Shown: in pieces, positions 1 to 9,971 of the stretch
Layout: the number at the start of each line of letters is the position of its first letter
Numbering within the stretch: position 1 is the stretch's first letter
NCBI GenBank assembly: GCA_052055015.1
Contig: JBQJIT010000072.1
Direction: 5' to 3' (one strand)
Length of the DNA: 35,656 bases
From: Malassezia furfur
Taxonomy: Eukaryota
Translations under genes and position numbers: made by a program
Notes under the pieces: generated by a model
Told to the model about the DNA's origin: nothing
What the model saw: the letters and a program-made list of their open reading frames with translations, nothing else
The model's database searches: none

Positions 1-1834
1 GGGGGAGGGCAGGAGGCTCGGTCGGCGGCGATGGCTTCGCCGGGTCGGGAGTAGGTGGCGACTCGTTCCGCTGAATTGTGGGCGCTTTGGCCGGCACGTC
101 TTCGTCGTCTTCACGCTTGCGCTTGGGCGCTGAGAAGAACGCATGGAGCTGTTTCTGGTCACGCGACTGGCGCTCAAGGCCCGCAAACGCCAGCGACAAG
201 ACACACACTCCAACACGGTCGTGTCCCACGGAATGATCCATGCGCTGCCCAATGTTTTGGTTCCAGAGCTTTTCGGCCTTGGCGTAAATCTCTTTTGCAA
301 GGTCTTGGTTGCGTACGAACCCAAAGGGGGTCTGCTGGCTCCGTATGCCGGCATTTCTGCTCAGGACGTAGCGCAGGACCAGGAAACGGGGGTACGACAG
401 CGGATACTCTTCGCGCTCTTCCTGCAGCCGTGTACTAAGCTCGGACGCCATGATCGAGAGCCACTGCAGGCCTTTCGTCTGTGACGACAGCGGCGGCTGA
501 AAATTCTTGGAGGACATCATGGAGCGATTCGCGGAGCGACGGTTCACCTCGGAAAGGTCAATTCCGCGAAACAACTCATGTAGCCAGCGCCCGTTCCCGC
601 CAAATCGCTGCTGCATCTCCTCCATAGGGACCGACCAGAGCTCGCCAACCGTCGACTGCCCCCACACGTCGGCGATTTCTGAGCCGAGCTTCCCGCCCAA
701 GAACCGAATTTTGCGGAACGGAAGCGGCGCGAGAAAGTCGAGGACATATCGCGGAAGCAACACCGTCTGGCTACATGGCTTTCGGTGCGATGAACAGAGT
801 TTCGCGAGGGCTTTGTTGCCTGCGACGCCGGCCGAAGTGGTGTAGCCGAGGTGGTCGTAAATGTGTTTGCGCACCGCGATCATACGCTCGGCGGCAATGG
901 CATGCGCAATGTCCGCCCAAGAAAGACCAGGAAATGCCTCGTTGTCGTCTGAGTCTTGCGACGCCTGCTGCGACGAAGCGCTACTGTCTTGGTCTGGCCA
1001 CCAGGCGCCAAGCAGCGTCCAAGACTTTTTGACGAGTTCTTGCTGGGCCGAGAGCGGCGGCGGCGGCAAAGGCATTTCCAGCCGCTGCATGCGCTCGTCA
1101 AGCGAGAGCTTCTCTAGTTCGGCTCGGATGTCGAGGAAAGGGAAGCGGCGGAGCAGCTGTTTGCGGACGTACAACGAGAGGTCAAAAAACGATTCGTCGA
1201 TCGACGCCTTTTCAAACAGGATGTCCTCGTCAATCTTGTCACCCTGCATCTCGAGAACCGTCGGTGCCCAGCCGTCGACGACGACCGGCGCCAAGTCGAA
1301 GCCGACGTGTGCACCCGACGTCGAATCGTTCTCGAGGCACCGTTGGAAGATGTCCATGATCTTGCGAGACTCGCGGCGGTATAAATCGAGCGAGATTTTG
1401 TGCGTACGCGGGCTCGGATTCTCGTAGTACTGCGGTGTCTCGTCCCCTGGTCCATACGAGGCGACGTGGATGAGCTGCAGGTCTGGGCACCGTTCTTTGG
1501 CCTGTTCGAGCGTGCAGTTGAAGCGGCCCACGCCGTAGGCACGCGCGACATAGTTGACCGCAATCAAAGCTGACCACTGCAACACGGCGATCGGATGCTT
1601 CGAGCAGTCAATACCTAGCCGCGCCGCCTCGAACTGCGCGTAGGCTGCATCGACGTCGCAGTGCGCAATGACGCGGAGTGGATTGTGCGCCTCGAAGGTG
1701 GTACTGAACAGGTGGTGGTAGGTGGCGACCGCCTCTTTATAGCATGGCCGGTGCGTCTGCGCGGCGTCCGATGCGCGTGGCGCGTGTGCCTCCGTGTCCG
1801 CGTACCGGAACCGGTGGGCTTCCGCGGCGCTCAT
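1..1834 (-). CDS. RAD30: DNA polymerase eta (Y-family translesion polymerase), 3'-partial
   Basis: Manual minus-strand translation from ATG 1834: MSAAEAHRF...PLRVIAHCDVDAAYAQFE...IAVLQWSALIAVNYVARAYGV...KISLDLYRRES...FEKASIDESFFD...GYTTSAGVAGNKALAKLCS...IRFLGGKLG, the IMS/pol eta motifs. The frame runs off the window edge, so it is not in the ORF track. Confidence 0.92.
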   Translation of the reverse strand, partial: MSAAEAHRFRYADTEAHAPRASDAAQTHRPCYKEAVATYHHLFSTTFEAHNPLRVIAHCDVDAAYAQFEAARLGIDCSKHPIAVLQWSALIAVNYVARAYGVGRFNCTLEQAKERCPDLQLIHVASYGPGDETPQYYENPSPRTHKISLDLYRRESRKIMDIFQRCLENDSTSGAHVGFDLAPVVVDGWAPTVLEMQGDKIDEDILFEKASIDESFFDLSLYVRKQLLRRFPFLDIRAELEKLSLDERMQRLEMPLPPPPLSAQQELVKKSWTLLGAWWPDQDSSASSQQASQDSDDNEAFPGLSWADIAHAIAAERMIAVRKHIYDHLGYTTSAGVAGNKALAKLCSSHRKPCSQTVLLPRYVLDFLAPLPFRKIRFLGGKLGSEIADVWGQSTVGELWSVPMEEMQQRFGGNGRWLHELFRGIDLSEVNRRSANRSMMSSKNFQPPLSSQTKGLQWLSIMASELSTRLQEEREEYPLSYPRFLVLRYVLSRNAGIRSQQTPFGFVRNQDLAKEIYAKAEKLWNQNIGQRMDHSVGHDRVGVCVLSLAFAGLERQSRDQKQLHAFFSAPKRKREDDEDVPAKAPTIQRNESPPTPDPAKPSPPTEPPALP

Positions 1835-1904
1835 GCGCCGCCATGCCCTGGTGGAGTGCGGTCACGTGCCAGTGGCGACGACGTGCGCCTCCTCCGCGGC
1901 GACG

Positions 1905-3371
1905 ATGACGGTAGGTGTGCTAGGCTGATTGCAGACTCCTGGTGGTGCGTTGACGTTGCACGTCGATGCCGACGGACAGGCGCGGTACGATGCTATCGTG
2001 CACCAGGGCCGACGTAGCGGCCAGCGTGTGCAGTCACAGTTTATGGACCTCGTGCCGCTTTCGGAGCGGGATGACCCCAAGGACCAGAAGCGCTCGCTAG
2101 AGCGCCCCTCCACGGAAGAGGTGCAGCAGACGACGGACCGCACGCGTGCGGCGCTTGAGCAGATTGTGCACGGCAAGATCAAGTCGTCACAGCCCAAGAA
2201 TGTGCCGACGACGAGCGGCAGCACCTCCTATCTACGCTATACGCCCGCCTCGCAGGGCCCCGATGGCACGAAGCAGCGCATCATTAAGATGACCGACGTC
2301 GTGGAGGACCCGCTGGAGCCGCCGCGCCACCGATTCAAAAAGGTGCCCGCCGGCCCGCCGAGTCCACCACCGCCGGTGCTGCGCAGTCCGCCGCGCAAAG
2401 TCACTGCGCAGGAGCAGAAGGAGTGGATGGTGCCCCCGTGCATCTCCAACTGGAAGAACAACAAGGGATACACCATCCCGCTCGACAAGCGCCTCGCGGC
2501 GGACGGGCGGGGCCTCAAGGACGTGTACATTAATGACAACTTTGCGCAATTCTCCGAGGCCCTGCACCTTGCGGACCGGCATGCACGCGAGGAGGTGCGC
2601 CAGCGCAACCAGATGCAGGAGAAGATCGCCGCAAAGGAAAAGGCGATGCGCGAAGAGAACCTGCGTATGCTCGCCCAGCGCGCGCGCGAGGAGCGCGCGG
2701 GGATGGCCCAGCCGAGCGGCAGTCGTCTGGCGGCGAGTGGGGGCGAAATGCCGGCGGCCATGGCCAACTACGGGAGCAGCGACAGCGAGGAAGAGGAGGA
2801 CGAGGCGGTTGCGGAGCGCAACCGGCTGCGCGAGGAGCGCCGGCGCGAGCGCGAGCGCGACCTGCGCATGAGCAACATGGGCAAGGAACAGCGTGCGCGT
2901 GTGTTTGCCAAGGAGCAGAACCGCGACATTTCCGAGAAGGTGGCGCTGGGGCTCGCGAAACCGACGATGAGCAAGGAGTCGATGACCGATGCGCGCCTGT
3001 TCAACCGCGAGTCGCTCTCGAGCACGTTTGGCGACGACGACTCGTACAACCTGTACGACAAGCCGCTCTTCCAGGGCTCTTCGGCGGCTGCGGCCATCTA
3101 CCGGCGGCCCGGCACGGGCGGCGGTGACGACATCTACGGCGGCGGCACCGAGGATGGGATCAGCGCGGCGCTGGAGAACGACCGGTTTGGGCTGGGCAAG
3201 ACCAAGGGCTTCGAAGGGGCGCAACACCAGGAGCGGCGCACAGGCCCCGTCCAATTTGAGAAGGACGCCAGTGATCCGTTTGCGATTGATCAGTTCCTGG
3301 ACGAGGCGAAGCGGGGTACGAAACGTGCGGGGTTGGAGGACCCTGCAGGGGCGAAACGTGCGCGTGAATAG
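1905..3371 (+). CDS. PRP45: Pre-mRNA splicing factor Prp45/SKIP (SNW domain), ~480 aa; exons 1905-1910, 1935-3371
   Basis: DPLEPPRHRFKKVP, PPCISNWKNNKGYTIPLDKRL, RDISEKVALG and GPVQFEKD motifs. The ATG is joined through a 24-nt GT-AG intron. Confidence 0.93.
1911..1934 (+). other. Spliceosomal intron, 24 nt (PRP45)
   Basis: GTAGGTGTGCTAGGCTGATTGCAG; contains an in-frame TGA. Confidence 0.75.
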
Positions 3372-3694
3372 ACGTCTACATGCCTAGAAGAAATCTTGGG
3401 GAGAAGTTTTTACCCCGCGTCTACACGCACTGGCCGCGTTCGTCAGGCGCGGCGCGCGGTCGTAGGCGCATTCTTTTACCCCACGTGACAGCGGCGTTGT
3501 GCGGACAGGTCAAGATTCCATCGGATCGAGCGCTGCAGGACCAATGGCCGTGCGTTTTTTTTTGGGCGAGAAGATCGGACAGAACGGAAAATTCGTGCTG
3601 GACGTACAGCTGGCTTCTGTGGAGAGCACAACAAATTGGTTTCGTTTGCGCTCCCCAAGTGTTAAGGAGCGGGCCCCTCTTTCCCTCAGCATCC

Positions 3695-5434
3695 ATGAGT
3701 ATTAGAAAGTTTTTCGACGGCTTTAAGCCTGCGGAAATCGAGGAATACGACATTGAATCGGATTCGAGACCGTCGGAGAAGAACGAGGCGAACATCGCCG
3801 CTGGGCTGACCGACGAAGAATCGCCATTGCGGCTCAAGGAGGAGGAGCCCCTGGTCACTGAAAAGAGCGACAATGGCGATGATCCAGGCCTTAAGCGCAA
3901 CATCCGGAGCCGTCACATCCAATTCATTGCGCTCGGGAGTGGCATCGGCACGGGTCTGTTCATCGGTTCAGGTTCAACACTAGCATCAGGCGGGCCTGGC
4001 AGTCTGATCATCGACTATAGCTTGGTCGGCCTCATGATTCTCACCACCCTGTTTGCACTTGGCGAAATGGCGACCCTTTTCCCTGTTCCGGGCGCCTTTG
4101 CCGAGTACACGGCGCGGTTCCTGGATCCCGGCTGGGGCTTCGCTATTGGTTATAACTACGTCATGCAATGGCTAGCGACCCTCCCACTGGAATTCACGGC
4201 GGCCTCCATTGTGATTACCTTCTGGGACTCGGATGAAAAGGTACCAAAGGGTGTTTGGATTGCCATCTTCATTGCGGCCATCTTCACCGTCAACATTTTT
4301 GGCGCCCGTGGGTACGCCGAGGTGGAATTCTCCGCAACCCTACTCAAAATGCTAACCATCATTGGCTTCATCATTTGCGCAATTGTGGTCGACTGTGGTG
4401 GTGCACCAGCAGGCGAGTACCTCGGTGCGCGCGGTTGGCATTCAGGAGAGGGCGCCTTCCTCAATGGCTTCAAGGGGTTCTGCAGTGTCCTTACTACCGC
4501 TGCTTTTGCTTTCACTGGTACGGAGCTGGTCGGGCTTGCGGCCGCGGAAACGTCTGAGCCGCGGAAGCTCATTCCCAAGGCTTGCAAGCGCGTTGTTTGG
4601 CGCGTCCTTCTCTTCTACTTCACGTCGCTGTTGATGATTACGCTGATTGTGTCGCCGACCGATCCCCGGCTCCACGGAGACAGCAGTTATGACCCCAACA
4701 CGTCGCCCTTTGTCTTGGTCATCCAGGACGGTGGAATCAAGGTCTTGTACCACATCGTCAACGCTGTCATTCTGGCATCGACGCTGTCTGTCGCGAATTC
4801 GTCCGTGTACGCCGCTAGTCGCACCATCAATGCACTGGCCATCCAGGGCCGTGCGCCGAAATTCTTCAGCTATGTGGACCGCGAGGGTCGGCCACTGTAC
4901 GCAGCTCTCTTCTCTCTTCTGTTTGGGCTGCTTGGGTTTTTGATCTACTCTTCGTCTCGTGGTGAAATCTTCAACTGGCTTCTGGGCATTTCGGGTCTGT
5001 CTGTCGTCATTACCTGGGGCTCCATCTGTGCTGCTCACATTCGTTTCCGGAAGGCGTGGGTTGTGCAGGGGTACCGTGTTGACCAGCTGCCATGGGTGTC
5101 TCCTCTCGGTGTGTACGGATCATGGGCGGGCATGATCTTCAACATGCTTCTGATCATGGCCCAGTTTTACCTCTCTGCCTTCCCGATTGACGAAGCAACC
5201 ATGTCGGGCAACAGGCGCGCATACAAATTCTTCCTTGGCTTCATCTCTGTGCCCATCTTCATTACATTCTATCTCAGCTACAAACTGATCATGCGGTCAT
5301 CCGTTCAACGTTTGGAAGAGATTGACCTGCTGACAGGTCGTCACGCCTTGGTTTCTGCCGAAGAGCGTGAAAAAATTAATGCAGAGAGTCGTGCACGGCC
5401 TCTGTGGAAAAAGATCGTGCAGGCCGTGATCTAG
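3695..5434 (+). CDS. Amino-acid permease (APC/YAT family, Gap1-like), 579 aa
   Basis: LKRNIRSRHIQFIALGSGIGTGLFIGSG, FAFTGTELVGLAAAE and many hydrophobic segments. Start placed at MSIRKF, after an AT-richer promoter-like stretch. Confidence 0.9.
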   Translation: MSIRKFFDGFKPAEIEEYDIESDSRPSEKNEANIAAGLTDEESPLRLKEEEPLVTEKSDNGDDPGLKRNIRSRHIQFIALGSGIGTGLFIGSGSTLASGGPGSLIIDYSLVGLMILTTLFALGEMATLFPVPGAFAEYTARFLDPGWGFAIGYNYVMQWLATLPLEFTAASIVITFWDSDEKVPKGVWIAIFIAAIFTVNIFGARGYAEVEFSATLLKMLTIIGFIICAIVVDCGGAPAGEYLGARGWHSGEGAFLNGFKGFCSVLTTAAFAFTGTELVGLAAAETSEPRKLIPKACKRVVWRVLLFYFTSLLMITLIVSPTDPRLHGDSSYDPNTSPFVLVIQDGGIKVLYHIVNAVILASTLSVANSSVYAASRTINALAIQGRAPKFFSYVDREGRPLYAALFSLLFGLLGFLIYSSSRGEIFNWLLGISGLSVVITWGSICAAHIRFRKAWVVQGYRVDQLPWVSPLGVYGSWAGMIFNMLLIMAQFYLSAFPIDEATMSGNRRAYKFFLGFISVPIFITFYLSYKLIMRSSVQRLEEIDLLTGRHALVSAEEREKINAESRARPLWKKIVQAVI

Positions 5435-5502
5435 ACTCTGCAATGATACCATTCTTTACGAAATTTGAGACTACTCGTCCTGTATGACATTGACAGCACT
5501 GG

Positions 5503-6668
5503 TTAGAGGAGCGTGTCAAGGACCTCGAGGACCTTGTCGCCCACCTCTTTCGTAGTGGCCTTGCCACCGAGATCGCCGGTGCGCAGTCCAAAGCCACCCA
5601 TGTCTGGCGTGTCGAGCACCTTCCGCACGGCCTGTTCGACGGCAGCGGCCTCCTTCTCGAGACCGAGCGACCACCGCAGCAGCAGGGCCGCAGACAGGAT
5701 CGTGCCGACCGGGTTTGCGATACCCTTGCCCGCAATGTCGGGCGCCGAGCCGTGGATCGGCTCATACAGACCCTTGCAGGGCTCCTTGCCAGTCGGGAGC
5801 TCCGAGAGCGAGGCGCTCGGGAGCAGACCCAGGGCACCGGGAATCACCGACGACTCGTCGGAGAGAATGTCGCCGAACATGTTCTCCGTCAGCACAATAC
5901 CATTGAGTTTCCGGGGGTTGGCCACCATGACCATCGCTGCAGAGTCAACGAGGTGGTGATCCAGCTCAATGTTCTTGTCCTTGAACTCGGTCTCAATCGT
6001 CTCGGTGACGACGCGGCGCCAGAGACGACTCGTGGCCAGCACGTTGGCCTTGTCGATCGAGATGATCTTTGCCGGCGGCGACTGCTGCATCGCAAGGAAT
6101 GCAGCAAGACGAGTAATCCGCTGAACATCTGCCTTGTTGTAGACCATCATATCGTACGCCTCGCCATCGCTGCCCGGCGTGTCCAGGTCGGCCTCCTTCC
6201 GGTCGCCATAGTAGAGGCCCTTGACGAGCTCACGGATGACGATGAAGTGAGTACCACGGGCAACCTCAGGGCGCAGGGGAGAGTGCTCCAGGAGCGACTC
6301 CGAAGGGAACAGCGCAGGACGGACGTTGGCATACAGGTCGAGTTCCTTGCGGATCTGAAGGAGACCCTGCTCCGGGCGCACCTTGCCAACGCCCCACTTG
6401 GGGCCACCAACTGCACCAAGTAGGATCGCATCAGCAGCCTTGCATGCCTTGCTGGTGCTCTCCGGCAGCGGCTCGCCCGTCGAATCGATGGCGGCACCAC
6501 CAAAGTCATACTGGGAATGAGTCATTCGTCACCTACCGACTTCAGCTCCAGCTTCACCGATGACGACTTTTCCGAGACGCGCTCCAGCACACGCGTGGCC
6601 TGCTCCACAACCTCGGGGCCAATGCCGTCGCCAGGGAGGACCGCAATCTGATACGTTTTAGAAGCCAT
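5503..6668 (-). CDS. LEU2: 3-isopropylmalate dehydrogenase, ~379 aa; exons 6668-6537, 6510-5503
   Basis: [13 protein letters not shown] in exon 1; [31 protein letters not shown] and [13 protein letters not shown] in exon 2. A 26-nt intron joins the frames. Confidence 0.96.
6511..6536 (-). other. Spliceosomal intron, 26 nt (LEU2)
   Basis: GTAGGTGACGAATGACTCATTCCCAG; restores LELKS|YDFGG. Confidence 0.9.
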
Positions 6669-6739
6669 GATTGATACGTAAGAAGAACCGGCTATGCGGG
6701 GAGAGCTCTTGGCGGAACCGGTCACGTGTCCGAACGCGA

Positions 6740-8521
6740 TTACCGCGCTGTCGATGCAGTGTGGAGACGTACACGCCAGGCCGACGGGGGGATTTTCTGG
6801 AGGCGGAGGCAGATAGGCAAGATCACCAACACGAGCGTCACGGCGCCGATTGCCACGCAGATGGTATTGGTCCAATAGTACCCATCGCGGATCACATTGC
6901 ATGTGCCTCCAATGGCGTGGCAATGGGCCCGCCCAGCGTCCGACAGACATTCGCCAAGCGTCATGCTGGCGTTCGCATGGCCAAAGATCTCTTCCACCCG
7001 CTTGATGTCCACATCAGGGGGGGGCAGGCATTCCGACTCACTGAAAAAGTCCACCATCTTCAACACAAAGTACCGCGGCCATGTACCACCCAGGTTGCTC
7101 ACCGTGTTGAGCAGCGTCATATAGGTTCCTCCAATCACCGGGTCGGCGATCTGGGTGTGGAACGCAGAAATGCCGACAAACTGGACCGTGTTGGCAAAGC
7201 TGTTCAACACCGTTGATGCAATAATCAACAAGAAGTAGGACGTGCTGATCGAATTGGGCGCAACGGGCATGCCATGGACGATTCCCATGCTTACCAGGGC
7301 CAGGGAGAGCCGTGCCACAAAGGCGACGGTCCAAGGGTATAGCGCCCGGTCGCCCTTAGACCACATTGCCGCTAGGTATCCAAAGATAATCTGAAAGGGG
7401 AAATCGATCAGGACAGCGAGCGCCAGGTCTTCCTTGCCCAGTCCGCGCTCCACGAGCTTAAGGCCGGTCACTGCTTCGTTGGGCTGGAACCCAATTTTGC
7501 CAATCAAGTGCACAAGCATGAGCAGTTGAACATGCTTCAAGCTGCAAATATCCCACATGATTGAGTACACTTGCCGCACACTCATCTCCGTCGAGTGGCG
7601 GCCCTCGGCCTGCTCTTTCTTGAAAAAGAGGAGCCAGAGCGTGACTAGGATGAAAGCGACACTGCAGAACTTGAGATACGTCTCCAGCGAGAGCATAGGA
7701 TAGTCGAGAGGCACGGAGCGGAAATACTTGTTGCCGAACTCGACACTGTTGAACGCCAGAAAGACAGTGAAACTCATGAAGTAGCCGATGTTGACACCAA
7801 TCGTCTGCGCAGTGCTTGCATAACCCACATTTTCTTCGGAAAGCAGAGTCAGCGCCCAACCATCGACAGCGATATCTTGCGTGGCAGCCATTGTAATCAA
7901 TGCAAAGAACAGGGCCGTAACGATATAGACGTTGGCTGACTCAGAAAGGATGAACTCATCGACGTGCACAGCTAGCACATACAATGAGACACCCGTCAGA
8001 AGCTGCACAGGGACAATCCAGGACTTGCGGCGACCGAGCGAAAGAGTGAGGGAGGTGAATGGGATTCTCCATTCCGTAACAGACAAGGTATCCACAATAG
8101 GGCTCCAAAGAAGCTTGAGGGAATACGGGTAGGTACAGAGCATAAAAATACCCACATCGGTATAGCTGAGATGCGCCTTAAGCAAGAAGGGCATAGTGCC
8201 AAACGCCAATCCCACTGGAATCCCCTGCAGCATATACAGGATGACCAGCAAAATCATGGCCTCCTTGTCCCCGTGTGATAGGTCCCGGAAGCTGTGACTC
8301 TCATGTGCATTTGCGACACCGGTCTGCTTTTTCAACTCCGCACGCGCGATCAATTCGCCGGGCTCACCAACGTCCACATCTAGAAGGCTAGGCGCTCCGG
8401 TTTTCGCACCCTCGCCCCCATGGCTTCGACGTGTTTTTTCAGCAGCGGCATGATGTATATTTACCGAACTGGCATGTATGGCGTCTCCGCCTTCGACCGG
8501 GGATCCCGTTTGTTTCGGCAT
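6740..8521 (-). CDS. Acetyl-CoA transporter 1-like (SLC33A1/AT-1 family), ~593 aa
   Basis: [40 protein letters not shown] and [23 protein letters not shown]. Start placed at MPKQTG because the upstream part of the ORF overlaps the opposite gene. Confidence 0.88.
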   Translation of the reverse strand: MPKQTGSPVEGGDAIHASSVNIHHAAAEKTRRSHGGEGAKTGAPSLLDVDVGEPGELIARAELKKQTGVANAHESHSFRDLSHGDKEAMILLVILYMLQGIPVGLAFGTMPFLLKAHLSYTDVGIFMLCTYPYSLKLLWSPIVDTLSVTEWRIPFTSLTLSLGRRKSWIVPVQLLTGVSLYVLAVHVDEFILSESANVYIVTALFFALITMAATQDIAVDGWALTLLSEENVGYASTAQTIGVNIGYFMSFTVFLAFNSVEFGNKYFRSVPLDYPMLSLETYLKFCSVAFILVTLWLLFFKKEQAEGRHSTEMSVRQVYSIMWDICSLKHVQLLMLVHLIGKIGFQPNEAVTGLKLVERGLGKEDLALAVLIDFPFQIIFGYLAAMWSKGDRALYPWTVAFVARLSLALVSMGIVHGMPVAPNSISTSYFLLIIASTVLNSFANTVQFVGISAFHTQIADPVIGGTYMTLLNTVSNLGGTWPRYFVLKMVDFFSESECLPPPDVDIKRVEEIFGHANASMTLGECLSDAGRAHCHAIGGTCNVIRDGYYWTNTICVAIGAVTLVLVILPICLRLQKIPPSAWRVRLHTASTAR

Positions 8522-8623
8522 CCGTGCAGGAAGGAACGAGCGCCGTGCGCCGCGCGTTGAAAGCCACGGTGGAACATTGTGCTTAGTCATCAGGCGAACG
8601 TTCTTAAGCCACCCCGCTCCACC

Positions 8624-9574
8624 ATGAGTGTCATGCTCGGACGTGCGCTGATGCGGCGCTCGCACCAATGGAAGCCGATGCAGCCATCTATGCGCTCTTA
8701 TTCTACCCCTGCTCCTCTTCAGGGAAAGCCGGCGCGTACTGGTCGTGGAGCCCTTTTCTGGCTTAGTCTCGCGACCATTTCCGCGGGCGCCGGTTATCTC
8801 GGCGGCTCCAAGTACCCTCCTCCTGCCATTCCTTTTCTTTTTTCGCCTTATGTGACCAACTCTATGGGCCTCTCTACTCAAGAGAAGTTTGAAGCGACTC
8901 GGAAAATCGAGCAAGGTCTATACACGTTGCCCGGTGTCCAGCATCTCGCGGACCATGCATATGAAATGCCTTCGGCACGCCATGTTCGAGAGTCATTTGG
9001 CATTGCACCGATCACTAATCCGGGACTGAAGGAAGAAGAGGCAGACTATCTTCTCGTTCGCCCCTTTACCCATGTTCCGGAGGAGAAGTTGGCTCGCCAG
9101 TTCACTGCCGGTAGTCTGCGTGGCTTGGACATGTTTGCAACCACCCCGCTCGTCTTCTCCAAGACGAAACGCGGTGCGGAACATCGTGGCGGGAGGGAAG
9201 GTGATACAGTCGCCTTTGTTCACGTGGGCAAGAACATGAGCGGTTTCGAAGGCGTCGTGCACGGCGGCCTGATTGCAACCATGTTTGATGAAGTGCTGGC
9301 ACGTGCTGCCTTCTATGCCTTGCCTAGCATGGTGGGTGTTACCGCGAAGCTGGAAATCAACTACCGCAAGCCAACATACGCGGACCGCTACTTTGTGCTG
9401 GAATCCCATGTGACCGACAACGAAGGCCGCAAGTCGTTTGTGGCCGGAGAACTGCGTGAGCCCGGCTCGAGCAAGGTGTTGGCGACCGCCGATGCCGTTT
9501 TCGTTGAGCCTAAATTCGCCAAGTACCTGACTTGGTTTGGCGGTCTGAACATTCGCAAGCATATGGAGGGATAA
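8624..9574 (+). CDS. Hot-dog fold acyl-CoA thioesterase (PaaI/THEM4-like), probably mitochondrial, ~316 aa
   Basis: GVVHGGLIATMFDE and VTAKLEINYRKPT motifs. Arg/Ser-rich acid-free N-terminus followed by a hydrophobic segment. Confidence 0.8.
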   Translation: MSVMLGRALMRRSHQWKPMQPSMRSYSTPAPLQGKPARTGRGALFWLSLATISAGAGYLGGSKYPPPAIPFLFSPYVTNSMGLSTQEKFEATRKIEQGLYTLPGVQHLADHAYEMPSARHVRESFGIAPITNPGLKEEEADYLLVRPFTHVPEEKLARQFTAGSLRGLDMFATTPLVFSKTKRGAEHRGGREGDTVAFVHVGKNMSGFEGVVHGGLIATMFDEVLARAAFYALPSMVGVTAKLEINYRKPTYADRYFVLESHVTDNEGRKSFVAGELREPGSSKVLATADAVFVEPKFAKYLTWFGGLNIRKHMEG

Positions 9575-9971
9575 GTCGTTTGACCAAACTCTCCGGGAGT
9601 GTCTTAGGGTTTTCCTTATGCGGGCCTTAGCACATGGGGCATCTGCAAACCAAATAGGCATTACCACATGTCCCAATGTCTACGAAGTCCCCAAGTGCAA
9701 ATAGGCGACAAAGGCACAATGATGGTGAGAGGACCTCGCTCGGGCACATCTTGGATGTACATCTTCATTCGGAGAGAGGTAACTTAACAGCTTATTAAAA
9801 TTGGGGAGGTTATACTGAAGTGTCCTTCAATTTGAATTAGTATTTATACTAGTTGATGGACACCGACAGTTTTGTGTCCTCCTACAAGGCACCAGCCCGT
9901 GTTCCCATATTATGCGTGACATTCTCGGGTGACAGGGAGGATTGCGTTTTGTTTTTGAATCTGCGATGTCT

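Noticed and set aside
1805..1814. Perfect CCGGAACCGG Leu3-type site
   Set aside because: Inside the pol eta CDS in GC-rich DNA and not near a leucine-pathway gene.
1832..1835. CATG palindrome giving overlapping starts for pol eta (-) and an in-frame upstream ATG for PRP45 (+)
   Set aside because: The added 24 aa show no convincing SKIP similarity; probably coincidence.
3380..3694. N-terminal extensions of tracked ORFs (permease from 3380, PPR from 17792, CSL4 from 21516, acetyl-CoA transporter from 8914)
   Set aside because: They overlap promoter-like DNA or the divergent neighbour's CDS; family similarity starts at downstream ATGs.
6740..9574. Acetyl-CoA transporter/thioesterase divergent pair as a metabolic cluster
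   Set aside because: Probably different compartments (ER versus mitochondrion) and no biosynthetic core gene nearby; adjacency is expected in a compact genome.
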